Origin: Chrysomallon squamiferum
Taxonomy: Eukaryota; Animalia; Mollusca
NCBI GenBank assembly: GCA_012295275.1
Contig: CM022672.1
Coordinates: forward strand, 18,600,001 to 18,664,000
DNA length: 64,000 nt
Direction: 5' to 3'
The translations under genes and the position numbers were made by a program. Of the stretch, positions 40,464 to 53,155 are shown one piece after another. The first letter of the stretch is position 1. Each line of letters begins with the position of its first letter. The notes under the pieces are model-generated. The model was not told the origin of the DNA, did no database searches, and saw only the letters and a program-made list of their open reading frames with translations.

Positions 40464-40910
40464 TTTGTTACGTTCAATGACTTCAATGAATATAACTGTA
40501 CATGATAAAGCATCGGCAAAATTGATGATAAGAAAATATGATAAATAAATAAATATATATTTATTTTATTTTTATTATTTGGTGGTATTAATATTATTAT
40601 TATTGTAAATGATTATACAGCTGGAGAATTCATATTTATGTAAATCTGTCAAAAGAATACATAGATAATATATCTACCGGAAATTTCATGTCCATTTACT
40701 CATTGTTACCCGCCCTTTATTTTTATTCTGGTATTTACCCGTAGCATTAATCTCCATTAGAATATTTCCGATTTGTTTTTGCTCTAACTGAAATATTTGT
40801 ATTTCAGTGACTAATACTGGGAATGTCGACTTGAACATTAGCCGAAATCAGAACATAGGGAATGTTAAAAATTCCATCGAGCTGTTAGAAAATATTATTA
40901 TTATTGTTAT

Positions 40911-41043
40911 TTTTTAAAATTTATTTGTGTGTGTGTGTGTCTGTGTCTATGTGTGTATGTGTTGTATTTTTCATTATGTAAGTTTTAATATGCTGAAAGT
41001 AAATTAAATAACTTGAATTTTAAATTTTTCAACAGACCGAATC

Positions 41044-41077
<34 letters not shown>

Positions 41078-41151
41078 TTTATATATTATTTTATATTATT
41101 ATTATTATTATTACTATTATTATTATTGTTGTTGTTATTTTTTAAAATTGA

Positions 41152-41205
<54 letters not shown>

Positions 41206-41292
41206 TGGTATTTTTCAGAATGTAGGTTTCAATATGCTGCAAGTAAATTAAATAACTTGAATTTTAATTATGTTTCAGCAGACCGAATCAAT
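40911..41292. repeat. Tandem duplication, about 230-245-bp period, containing (GT)n
   Basis: aatatgctg.aagtaaattaaataacttgaattttaa...cagaccgaatcaat occurs twice, ending near 41046 and 41292. Confidence 0.85.
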
Positions 41293-41532
41293 CTGGCGTA
41301 CCTGACTGACACCAGCCGTGGTGAAACTGTTTTTTTTGTCTCGAATAAAGTGTTTTCAGTTACCTCATTTTGATGTTTCCAATTATTTATAATAAGAATG
41401 AACATGTGTCGTGTATTTGAGTTCACAATACTTTTTTTGACGTTTTTCCTGAAAAGATTAAAAACGCATTCGTTTTTGAATAATTAAATAGTTTTATCAT
41501 ATCAATTTGTAAAGCCAGGATGCATTTCCTAG

Positions 41533-41589
<57 letters not shown>

Positions 41590-41795
41590 ACAAACACACA
41601 TTCAGATATAAATATATATACATTTCATGCGGGTGTTATATATGTGTATGTGTGCGTGTTTGCGTGTGTGCATGCGTGACAACAACATGAAATGTTACCG
41701 TTTTACTATCTGTCAGGAATAATAAATCGCGCTCGTAATGTTTGTTTATGTTTACCAAATTTAGGAAGCATTTCTAATTTCAATGCTAAATCTGT

Positions 41796-41851
<56 letters not shown>

Positions 41852-42239
41852 GTATAGGTTTATTTATCATCCTTAAAAAGAGGGCAGGACATGTATTGCC
41901 CGTTTATGTCCACTTTTATAACATTAAATAGCAGCAGCAGCAACAACAACAATGACTCATTTGCGTTTACCATATTTTGTACAAATGAAATATCAGTGGA
42001 CTGAAACAAGATCTGAGAAAATATTAGGCAGCATTATTACAGTGAATATCACTTATTGTAAATGAGACCTTAAATAAATAACAAGGCCGATCCAGCATTA
42101 TTAAACAGGATATCACTTACAGTAAATGAGATTCAAAGTAAATGAAAATATGGATTTCTTTGATTCGTTTATATATATATAAACTCATGAATATATATAT
42201 ATATAGTTATGAGTTATCATCTAATATAGTTTTGGAAAA

Positions 42240-42270
<31 letters not shown>

Positions 42271-42334
42271 ATACGTGGGTAACCCGTCTATCAGCGTCGT
42301 TTCCAACCTTATCATTTCGAGGAATAATAAATAA

Positions 42335-42449
42335 GACGTCACAAAGGACTGACGTCATTAAATAACAATAAATTCACAATGGCGGTCGCGGCGGTATGGA
42401 ATGTTTAAACTTGAGATGTTTTTTGAATGCGATAAAAACTTCCGTAAGT
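42335..42449 (+). promoter_or_regulatory. Orphan promoter/first-exon signature: two CRE sites, YY1-like AATGGCGG and a GTAAGT donor
   Basis: GACGTCA 42335-42341, TGACGTCA 42350-42357, caATGGCGG 42377-42385, donor TCC|GTAAGT at 42443/42444. Confidence 0.5.
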
Positions 42450-42588
42450 AAATTAAAAATTAATTGTCAAGCGAAATGTAAATTTATTATAACTGCTTAT
42501 ATCAGACTGTTTAATAACATTTAAAATTAAAATAATATTCTTTTGTTAAGTCTATTTACAGAGCGAGAGGATATGTATTTGTGTGTTT

Positions 42589-42639
<51 letters not shown>

Positions 42640-43334
42640 TATTGCAAAATGTAATAATTTTTTTTTTCGTTCTTTCTCTTACTTCTTGTCTTTCCAGACT
42701 CACTTTTTTCCATTTAGATTAGAAATTTGCTAATTTGACCCTTCGTGTTTTCAAATCGTATCTGTTATATTTTTGTGTGAATGTATGTACACGTCTGAGT
42801 ATGTGTTTGTTTGTTTGTTTAATGTTTATGTGTGCTTGCATGTAGCACAGTATCAATTATTCAAAATTAAAATGATTTAATGAAGTCCATTTCGCTTTCG
42901 TTTTGTTGTTTGCGAGGTATTCATCTGATGGTTTTCTTGTTCGTTAATTTAGATCAATAGTTTGAGTAATTATTGGCAGAAAAAAAATAATAATTTCAGC
43001 AATTTTTTATTTCAGAGTCTCATTGAAGTAAAACATTAGTTTTATTTTCGTGTTTATGGGAAGGAGCAAATTGAGAATTTCTTATTGCTAAATGCTGCAG
43101 ACAGTACTATCAGGTTTCCTTTTCATTATATATATATATATATACCCACACACACACATATATATAAAAGATTTTAGAGATTTAATTTTTTCTTTTTTCT
43201 TTTTTTGAGACCTGGTTAATTGTTTATCCCAAAGTACAAAGGTGTCTTTTAACAAATAAAAATTAATTCATTCACAATCCCTATCATTGAAAACAGAAAT
43301 GTTTAGATTAAAAATTTATTACATTTTAACAATG

Positions 43335-43535
43335 ATAGACATAATTGTAGATAAACTCTTTAGAAAAAAGAAAATTATAATAAATGATCATTTCATATTC
43401 ACAAAACAGATCTTTTGATTTTGTAGTCAGAAAAAAAACAATTAAAACACCTTTATTGTCAAAAATTAATTATACCTCACTAAAAATAATGAGAATATTA
43501 AAATATTTTGGTAAAAACAAATAAATAAATATATA

Positions 43536-43567
<32 letters not shown>

Positions 43568-43718
43568 ATATTTAATATATTTATATTAACTTTATGTACT
43601 GTTCAGCAGATAATGATGATAAAAATAATCATGTTCACAAATTAGACAAATAAAACATTTTAAAAAATAATAATAACTAAAAAATAATGAGAATATTAAA
43701 ATAATAAATAAATATATA

Positions 43719-43749
<31 letters not shown>

Positions 43750-44170
43750 AAATAATATATTTAATATATTTCTATTAACAGCTGTTCAAATATGGATCAA
43801 AATAATCTTTCATTACATTTTAAAATAATAATAGACATAATTGTAGATAAACTCTTTTAGAAAAAAACTCTTTAGAAAAAAGAAAATTATAATATCGATC
43901 ATTTCGTATTCACAAAACAGATCTTTTGATTTTGTAGTCAGAAAAAAACACAATTAAAACACCTTTATTGTCCAAAATTAATTATACCTCACTAAAAATA
44001 ATGAGAATATTAAAATATTTTGGTAAAAACAAACAAACAAATAAACAAATAAATATATAAATAAATAAATAAATAAATAAATAATATATTTAATAGAATC
44101 ATATTAATTTTATGGACTGTTCAGCAGATAATAATGATAAAAATAATCATGTTCACAAATTAGACAAATA
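43335..44170. repeat. Direct duplication of about 320-340 bp plus a partial middle copy
   Basis: atagacataattgtagataaactc...catgttcacaaattagacaaata at about 43335-43652 and 43831-44170; partial copy near 43675-43785. Confidence 0.9.
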
Positions 44171-44178
44171 TATTTTAA

Positions 44179-44228
<50 letters not shown>

Positions 44229-45049
44229 CTGAAATATGGATCATCTTTAACCAGATATATTTTTCTACTTAAAAACAACCAATAATAATTCCTACATACC
44301 ACTTTACATTATTTTATCAATATCTGAAACATATACGTTATAAACAACACATGGACAGGCAATCAAAATTAAGTGTTCCTGTAATAAAATATTTTTAACT
44401 CCATAATGTTATTCATCTTCAGGGCTTATTTTAATAGTGAAAGCTCAGATTGTGTTTAAAACCTATTTCAGTAAGGTATACATTTGCAAGGATTTTACAA
44501 ACACATTTTACATAAAAAGAAACCCTGTTAATAATAGTAATATTACAATCACTGACCCTACAAAAGGCAAAATCACAACAAATTGAATAAATGGAAGGTG
44601 AAATGTAAATGTACATCAAAATAACATGCATACAGAATCACATAGGGAAAATTAAGCCAGAAAAATAATTTCCATAACCAGATGGGACTCACAATAATCA
44701 AAATTAAAATGCAAAATGAACAGCAATTAACACATGTAAAAGAAGAAGAAAAAAAAAAAAATTCAAAACTGATTTTAATAAATACCATGATCAATATTTT
44801 AACTTTAGAAAAACAAAAATGCGTAACTGTTTTCTCTCACCTCTACATGTAAAAACTCAACACAACAGAATTATATATAAATATATTTTTTTTGAATTTA
44901 CTCATAATAAATTTCGCTTGGTATTTATACTGACCAAAATATTGATACAATGGATTAAAGCTGACTATTATATTAATTAAGGCAACATTAAACAAAATGA
45001 TGAGTTTCCAGACTTCTCTGTATGAAATGACTTCTAAGCTGACAATGGA

Positions 45050-45610
45050 CAAATAGATATGCTATTTGTTCATCTAATAATGGTAAATACATCAAATAAC
45101 TTCACAAAAAGAAAATCAAATTAAAATTTTTTAAAAATTAAAAATTTCAGCTGGAGGTTTCAGTAGTAAATGAAATGAAAAACAGATTCACTTGCTCATC
45201 TGATAATGACAAATATACATCAAATGACATCACAAGTATATAATTAAGTTAAAATATATATATCAATTGCAGACTTCAGTAATAAATAAGATGAAAAATA
45301 GATATATTACTTGTTCAAGTGATATTGGTAAATGTGCATCAAATGACATCACATAAAGAAAAGAAAATTTCAAAAAATATATCAACTGGAGATTTCAATA
45401 ATTAAATAAGATCACAAACTGACATGTTATTTGTTCATCTGATAATGATAATTACTTCAAATGACATCACAAGAAGAACAAAATAATAATAATAAAAATA
45501 AAAATGATATCAACTGCAGACTTCAGTAGTAAATAAAATGACAAACAGATATGTCACTTGTTCATCTGATAATGATAATTACTTCAAATGACATTACATG
45601 AAGAAAAGAA
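45050..45610. repeat. Degenerate minisatellite, about 120-bp unit, about 4.5 copies
   Basis: Core ttgttcatctgataatg...catcaaatgacatcaca...tatcaactgcagacttcagta.taaat recurs near 45060, 45190, 45310, 45430 and 45555. Confidence 0.9.
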
Positions 45611-46274
45611 ATAAGTTTATTATTTGTTTTTATGTCAGCTCTAGTAAACAAGGCAAAAGACTATGATTCTTCTAATGTGAGGTTCTTCCATTGTGTGGTG
45701 CTGAATTCAGACAAACTCTGGCCACTTAGCATAAAACACTATTTCAGGAATTCCTATATTAATGTATTTCACATTGCAAAAGGATGACATACTGTGAATC
45801 ACTAACAAAGAATGAACTGCTGAGTATTAAATCATATTTAATTGTGCGCTTTAATTGAGTTTTAAGTGTTGTTGTTTTTTCTGAGTGCTCAATATACAGT
45901 ACACCAGTGCTGTACACAAGGAATGGTGAAAACAAATGAAATATTTTCTCTTTACACAAATAATGGATTAGTGATGTATTTAAAGAGATTTGATAAACAG
46001 GTTTATACCTGTTTAACTTCATGTTGTAAATCTCATAAAATAACAATTATAATAAAATAAGCTGAGACCAATTTCACAAAGATATGTTAGTGACTGATAT
46101 GTATATTGAAAGTGAAATAATTATTCTGTATTTCAAAAAACAAATAAAACTAAATAAAATAAACTATGTAGTTAAATGATTATAAATTTGTTAAATATTG
46201 ACAAGCAAAAATATATTTGATGAGTTTCAGATTTTGAATGTATTGCACATGTGTAAGTAATAATACTGAAACAG

Positions 46275-46320
<46 letters not shown>

Positions 46321-46749
46321 TATAAATAAAATGAAGGAAATCAAAATAATCTGAACAAATCTAGAATTAGAAAAAAATAAACAAAAGGTGAGTATTCTCT
46401 GCATGGAAAATCAAAAACAAAATATGAACAATGCAATAAATATATTGAAACAGATATTTTGAAATTTCATATTATATTGAGTATTATTTTAAAATAATGT
46501 TGTAGCATTACAGATCATACTTGAAGATAACAAATTTATAAAAGACCATAATTTGTACAGTCAGCAATGAAAAAAATAATAATACCAAAACAGTTTAGCG
46601 TATGTCCACACATACACACACACACAAACACACACTTAATAAAAATTAATGCCAATTTACCAAGAATAAGATACCAGTGACTATAATATAACAAACTGGG
46701 ATAAATAACCAATACATGTACATATTCATGTATTTAGGTATGCATATAT

Positions 46750-46817
<68 letters not shown>

Positions 46818-47975
46818 AATATAATATGTTTTAATCAAGAAAATTTATATTTAAAAAAAAGAAAATTGTTTTTTTTTCTTGGAATGGTCATAGTAATCAT
46901 TTTAAGAATTATATTTAATCACAAAATGATAAATTTAATTAAAAGAAGAAACAAAATAAAAATAAAATAAGACACACAATGTTAGTAATCTCAATATTAA
47001 GAAAATATTTTATTATAAAATTATATTTGGTAGTATTAAAAAAAAAACTGCTGCCTGTTTTTCAAATAATAATAATAAAAATAATAATAATAATAATCAA
47101 ATTAACAATAATAATAACAATAGTAATATTAATAATAATAATAATAAAAAATAAAGTAAAGTAAAGATATAAAATAAAATAAAATAAAATAAAATAAAAT
47201 AAAATAAAATAAGGTTTTACTGGCACTTCAGTCAAATATCAGTTTAAAAATCAAATTAAAGGAAATAGCTAAGCTAGAACATTTATGATATTAAATGCCA
47301 GACAGTGGAAAGCATATTTCTGCTTCAGCTACTATGTGGACTTTTGATGTCAAGATCTGATAAATGACATGTAAAACATAAAATGAAAAATTAAAAATAA
47401 AAAATAACAATAAAAATACTTATATTCTGTACTGAAACAAATACATTGTAAAGGAAAAACTGTTTAAAAATTTTTAAACTTTTGAAAGATACAAATAATG
47501 TATCAGTAAATTTCATATAGAAATGTTAGTTATTAATAAATGGGGGTAGTTAAATATCACATGAAATATCACAAATCTAGCAACTAAGTAGACTGTAAAT
47601 AAGGTTATCACATGTTCTGTTAGTAAAAGGTTTACATGGAATGGTAATTTTAACTTTATTAGTTTTTTTATTTTATGGTCAGGAAAATTCAGAATCAGTT
47701 CATAGAAACTAATTTCTTTTTTTAATTTACTATTTTTTTTTTTTTTTTTTTTTTAACAACAATTATACCTGCCTTTTATATCTCTTCATTTAGAAAATAA
47801 TTTCATCCTTGTAGAAGTGACTTTTTTCTTTCTTTAAACTGAAATATGTCCGTTATCAAAAAATCTTTTAATACAAGGATGACAGAGTTATGGAACTTGA
47901 TCTGAGCAAAATGGCTTCTGATATAACAATGATATTAAAAGTGCAGTGACACATTAAAAATTTAACAAATCTTTT

Positions 47976-48395
47976 CTATTTGCTGGATGAAAATCCACGA
48001 ACACCAAAGACATCCATGTAGTAACTGGCACCATTGTAAACAGTGAGACCAAACATACTGCTGATGAAGATGCTGTGTGCTATGAAATTCTTATACCACA
48101 GAACAGAGGCAAATGCTGACACAACGCATACCAACCAGTTGAGAAAGATATACACCACAAAGCGCCAACTGTAAAAACAAAAACAAAATAAATAAATAAA
48201 TTACACAGGTTATTTGAGGCATAAAAAAAACCCCCAAAAACAAACAATATTAATTCTTTTCACATGACACAAGGTAACAACTGTATACTTTAATTTTGTT
48301 TTTGTTTTATTAATTTTTTTTTAATGCATTGATAACCTATCTGAAATACATCTTGGTAATATAAATAAATACAGTCTGCATATTTCCATGTTTAA

Positions 48396-48427
<32 letters not shown>

Positions 48428-49432
48428 AAGCAAAAAAGAATATTTAAACAATATCAGGGCACCATCATTTTTTGCAGTAGCAATGTTATCATGTACAGTT
48501 TCTTCTTGAAACCCTGTCCCAGCTGTCAGTATTTTGTCATGAATGGGTACAGTGACAGCAGTCAAATTTTTTACTTTTTATAGATAATCATTGCTTGGTG
48601 ACAGTTGCCCAGAAATATGAAATGATAACTTTGGAAATTTACACTTTTTGATCATTTGTACTGAAACTGGCACTAATCTCATGGAGATTCATATCTTGTC
48701 ATCAAAGTTTATTTGTAAGAAAAACATTCAGTAAAACTTGCAACAAACACAAATTAAACTATCTATGTGAATATAAGTACATTATTCTGAAAATGGTGCT
48801 TAAAGTGAAAATGCATTATGAAGGATTTTTGCAACAGTTTCAAGACATGTCACAGAGCATAATCCAGAAAATGTTATAAAAAATAAACAGTTTTAACTGT
48901 AATTAATCTGATACTTTCAAAATTAATAACATTAAAAAAGCCTTTACAAAATAACATATTGATTTAATATTATTATGATTCAAGCTGGATATATACTGAA
49001 ATAATAACTTAAATGCTATAAAAGATAAAATGGATATCTTTTTTAATACCGCCATATTTTCAGTAACAATGAAATATAAATTAAAAGCTAAAGACATAAA
49101 CATTTTTGATTCTAACCTTGGACCCAGTAAATTAAACAGTTTCGACAGAATGCCAGTCTCCTGTGTTGTGAAGTGTCGATAACTTGTAGCATAATCTTCT
49201 GAAGGTTTCAGCACAATGAACACAATCAGAATGTAAAGAAACTAGAGAGAAAAATACAAAAAAACCATGTTGTATAAATACAGTGTTGACATTAAAATGA
49301 TTTATATGTTCCTTGATTTATCTATAGAATGTTGCCATCAAAAAAAAAAATAATAATAATAAAAATAAATAAATAAATTTAGTAATACAATAAATAAATA
49401 AATAAAAGAGTCTACCTTCAACACCTTGATCA

Positions 49433-49493
<61 letters not shown>

Positions 49494-50449
49494 CTCAAAA
49501 ATATATATACATTTCATAAACGTCCAAGTTACTGTTTTATTTATTTATTTATTTATTTATTTATTTTACAACTTATTCTCATTAAAAAAATATTTTAAAA
49601 ATATGTTAAACAACAAAATTCACAGGACTGCAAGAAGGTTGATATTTTTTCCTTCAGTGTAATATTACATCATAAAAATAGAAACCTTACAAAAATCCAA
49701 ATTTTAATATATTCATCTGTGTTATGAAGAAAGAAAGCAAAACGATCACCTATCTTGTATTCTTGTAAGCTTATTATTAAAATAATTATTTAAGTATCAC
49801 TGCTTTAAATAAAGATCCAGGTACCCATGAACTTACGCTGTGAATAACAAAGCATCCAACAGGTACACCCACCAACCATATTAATGAAAGCTCAGGGTCC
49901 TGAATTTTTACAAATGGCGCATACCACTGTCGAGATGTGTTTTCCGGGTACCATCTAATTCTGTGAAATACAGTTAATTATACAGAGTTCAATGCAAATG
50001 TTAAATTGATGTTTTGATTGGCATATTCATGGAAGGAATGAAGAATGGAAGGTTTGAAGAAAGAAAGATGGAATTTATTTTATTTTTAATCTGTGGCTTA
50101 AAAAGGGTCAGATAATGAGAGAAGAAAACTTGTCATATAGATTTTTGTTTGTGTGTGTCTGAGTGTGTGTACATGTGTGTGTGTGTCTGTGTGTGTGTGT
50201 GTGAAAGAAAGTGAAAAAAAAAAGGAAAAGAACTTACACAAAACACATAATTGCAGGGACTAAGTGTATGAAGACTGATGTTACTTTGTCTATGCTATGA
50301 AAAACTAGCGAGTTTCGATAAACCACCATCGCCCAAACCATTGGTCCATTGGTGAGTGAAAACATGACAGAAAACATCTCTGAAGAGCTCGGCATTCCCC
50401 TATGAAAGTAAAGTTATTTAAAGAAATAGAAATTAATTTTAAAATAAGA

Positions 50450-50521
<72 letters not shown>

Positions 50522-51121
50522 TATTATCATCATAATTATAAAACAACAAGAACTTTAGGAAGAATACTATCACTAATCACCATCATTATTACATTAATTG
50601 TTTTACTCACTAAGAGACACAAATTTGAACATACACAAACATACACCCAAGCAGAAATACACATGCACAAACACAAACACACACAAATTATGACTTTACT
50701 TACCAAATGAAAATATAAAACATAGCATTTCCAACATAGCAGAAATCAAGCAGGAAATACTGCCATTTGCAGAACCTGTAACAAAAAATGTTTTACTATT
50801 ATACTGATTGTATATATTTATTTGTATGTATGTATGTGTGTATGTATTTACTTATGTATATATGTATGTAATATCTATATATGTATGTACTATGTGTATA
50901 GTTGTGTGTGTGTGTGTGTGTCTGAATGTCTGTGTAAACACATTTTGTATTATTTTTAATTGTATTTTTATTTTTTTTTTATTTCATTCAAAAAATTTGG
51001 AAAAAATATTTGTACATTATGTTCAATAAAATTGTGTGTTTTGTTAATACATTTTATATTGACTGCCTTCAAACGGCTTTATAATTTCAATAAAATTGTA
51101 TGTTTTACAGATGTTGTTGAA

Positions 51122-51166
<45 letters not shown>

Positions 51167-52457
51167 GTAGGTATGCATTATTTTATGTAAGTATATGTAT
51201 GTTTTTACTTACTTACAAATATATAAACATTATTAATAAAAGTCATTTATATTATTTTGTTCAGACAGTCTTACCAATACATCACAACTCGTATGGTGAG
51301 AAGGAGTGGTGCGCTGATGCTGTAGTAATACGGCAGTAACCACGTTGCATCCAGCACACTGTGTGTTAAAAGAACAATGGATGCAACCACCAACACATAG
51401 ACCAGTTTTTCCTGTAGTCGGTTTTGCTTTAAAGTCTAAAATTATAAAGAAGTCAAGTATTAAAATATGTTCATGGAAATTTCAAATAATAATTATAAAA
51501 AAAATAATAATAATAATAATAATAAAAAAATGTTTACTAATATTTTATATTTAAAAAAATATTGCTAAAAAAAAAAAAAAAAAAAAATAAATAAAATAAA
51601 ATAAATAAAAAATCATAATTAAAATTTTGGGAAAATAAGAAATACTTTCAAATCCATGCTTTATATTCGTATTATTCCATCAAAATAATGTTGTTATGGT
51701 TTTTTTTTTTTTAAAACAAACTTACTACATGATTTTATTTGTATATTTAATATGGAAAGGGGTTATCAGAGGTTATTTTTTTAAAAAAGATTAACAATTT
51801 TTATCATCTCATTGAATTATTTTTATTACTGAAATTAACATTAACAAATTTTTAGAAAATAATAATACTGATAATGATAATAAATAAATAAATAAATAAG
51901 TAACAGACCGAGATAAATGATTCCATTTCAAATTCATCTGCCTTATCCACATCCATGCTGATAAGGCTATTAACCCAAGATTCACGTCTGCTTTTATCCG
52001 GCAAGTGATCTTCTCCTGATGTTATCTCCAGTGCATTCCAGTTACGACTGTTCTTTGTATGTTCCTTGCTCCTGAATATAGTTTATTACAAAATAATAAT
52101 ACATTTTTTTTTAAATAATCTAATAGCAAAAAACTTAAAAAACAATAAAATAAAAAAACAGTAAATAAAAAACATAATAAAAAAGTCACAAAAGTAATAA
52201 CAGAATAAAATTTTAAAAAGAAGTCGTATTATTAGTTATTACTCATGCTTTTTGTACTGATAAAGTGATATATACCTGAAATGTCTTCTTAAATCCAGAT
52301 ATTAAAAAAAAAAAAGTCATTTATTTTTTGGAAATATAAACAAAATATTAAATACAAATTATAAGTACCTTTCTTTTGGTGGTGGTTTGGCTGGCACAGA
52401 TGTTTCAACATCAGAAGTTACAGCATCCATAGCAGTTGTTTTTATCATCTGTTCCAT
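47976..52457 (-). CDS. GPC1: Glycerophosphocholine acyltransferase (GPC1/GPCAT, DUF2838 family), multi-pass membrane protein
   Basis: 8 coding exons: 52457-52369, 52071-51909, 51435-51275, 50775-50704, 50399-50238, 49960-49837, 49241-49117, 48168-47976; 362 aa. Family motifs WQYFLLDFCYVGN, NGPMVWAMVVYRNSLVFHSIDKVTSVFIHLVP, IRW, TSYR, YNGASYYMDVFG. 5'UTR acceptor at 52754. The symbol is yeast GPC1, not glypican-1. Confidence 0.88.
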
Positions 52458-53114
52458 GGTGTAACAATCCGAACAGCCTCTTTGTTTTGGTTTTATCTTA
52501 GGGTTTTTTTTTTAATAAATAATTCTAGATATCTAATTCTCACACATTTGTCATGTTAAGTCTATGTATTTAAAGAAAAATCCAGTACTAAAGTATATAT
52601 ATATTATCTAGTCACACTTCTGAGTTTTTTTTAATCAAAGCATGGTTATATCTGTGTCTGTAACTTGTTCAACAGAACAGTGGCCTGATCAAATAACCTG
52701 AGCAGAAATGTCAAAAGTTTCATCATACCATTTTACTAGGTACGTTTTTTAAACCTGAAAAAAAAAAAATAATAATAATAATAAAAAATCAGATTAGTCA
52801 TGCATAGAAAATGGTCAGTGTGTGCTAGTGTGTGTGTGTGTGTGTGTGTGTGCATGTATATGGCATGTACCAAAGTAATGTTTACACAGATACATAGCAA
52901 CATACCCATATTATTATTATTTTTCTTAAAGTTTAAATAACAAAATTTATATCAAACTATATTTGGAATGCTAGATGTCACAAACACAATATCTACACAA
53001 TAAGACCATTCATCTAACATACCTAAACAATTCTGCCAGTTTGACATTTTATACAGATAAATCCACATATAATTACTTACTCAACTCCCATGCTAGAAAC
53101 ATATAATTCATACT

Positions 53115-53155
<41 letters not shown>

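Noticed and set aside
45050-45610. CRISPR array or box C/D snoRNA cluster
   Set aside because: Eukaryotic context, degenerate repeats, homologous low-complexity spacers and no cas genes. No well-spaced RTGATGA...CTGA pair with a terminal stem.
40324-51554. Short ORFs with poly-N, CVCV, SLSL, RERE or YIYI runs (also elsewhere in the window)
   Set aside because: Translations of (AAT)n, (GT)n, (CT)n, (AG)n and (AT)n microsatellites.
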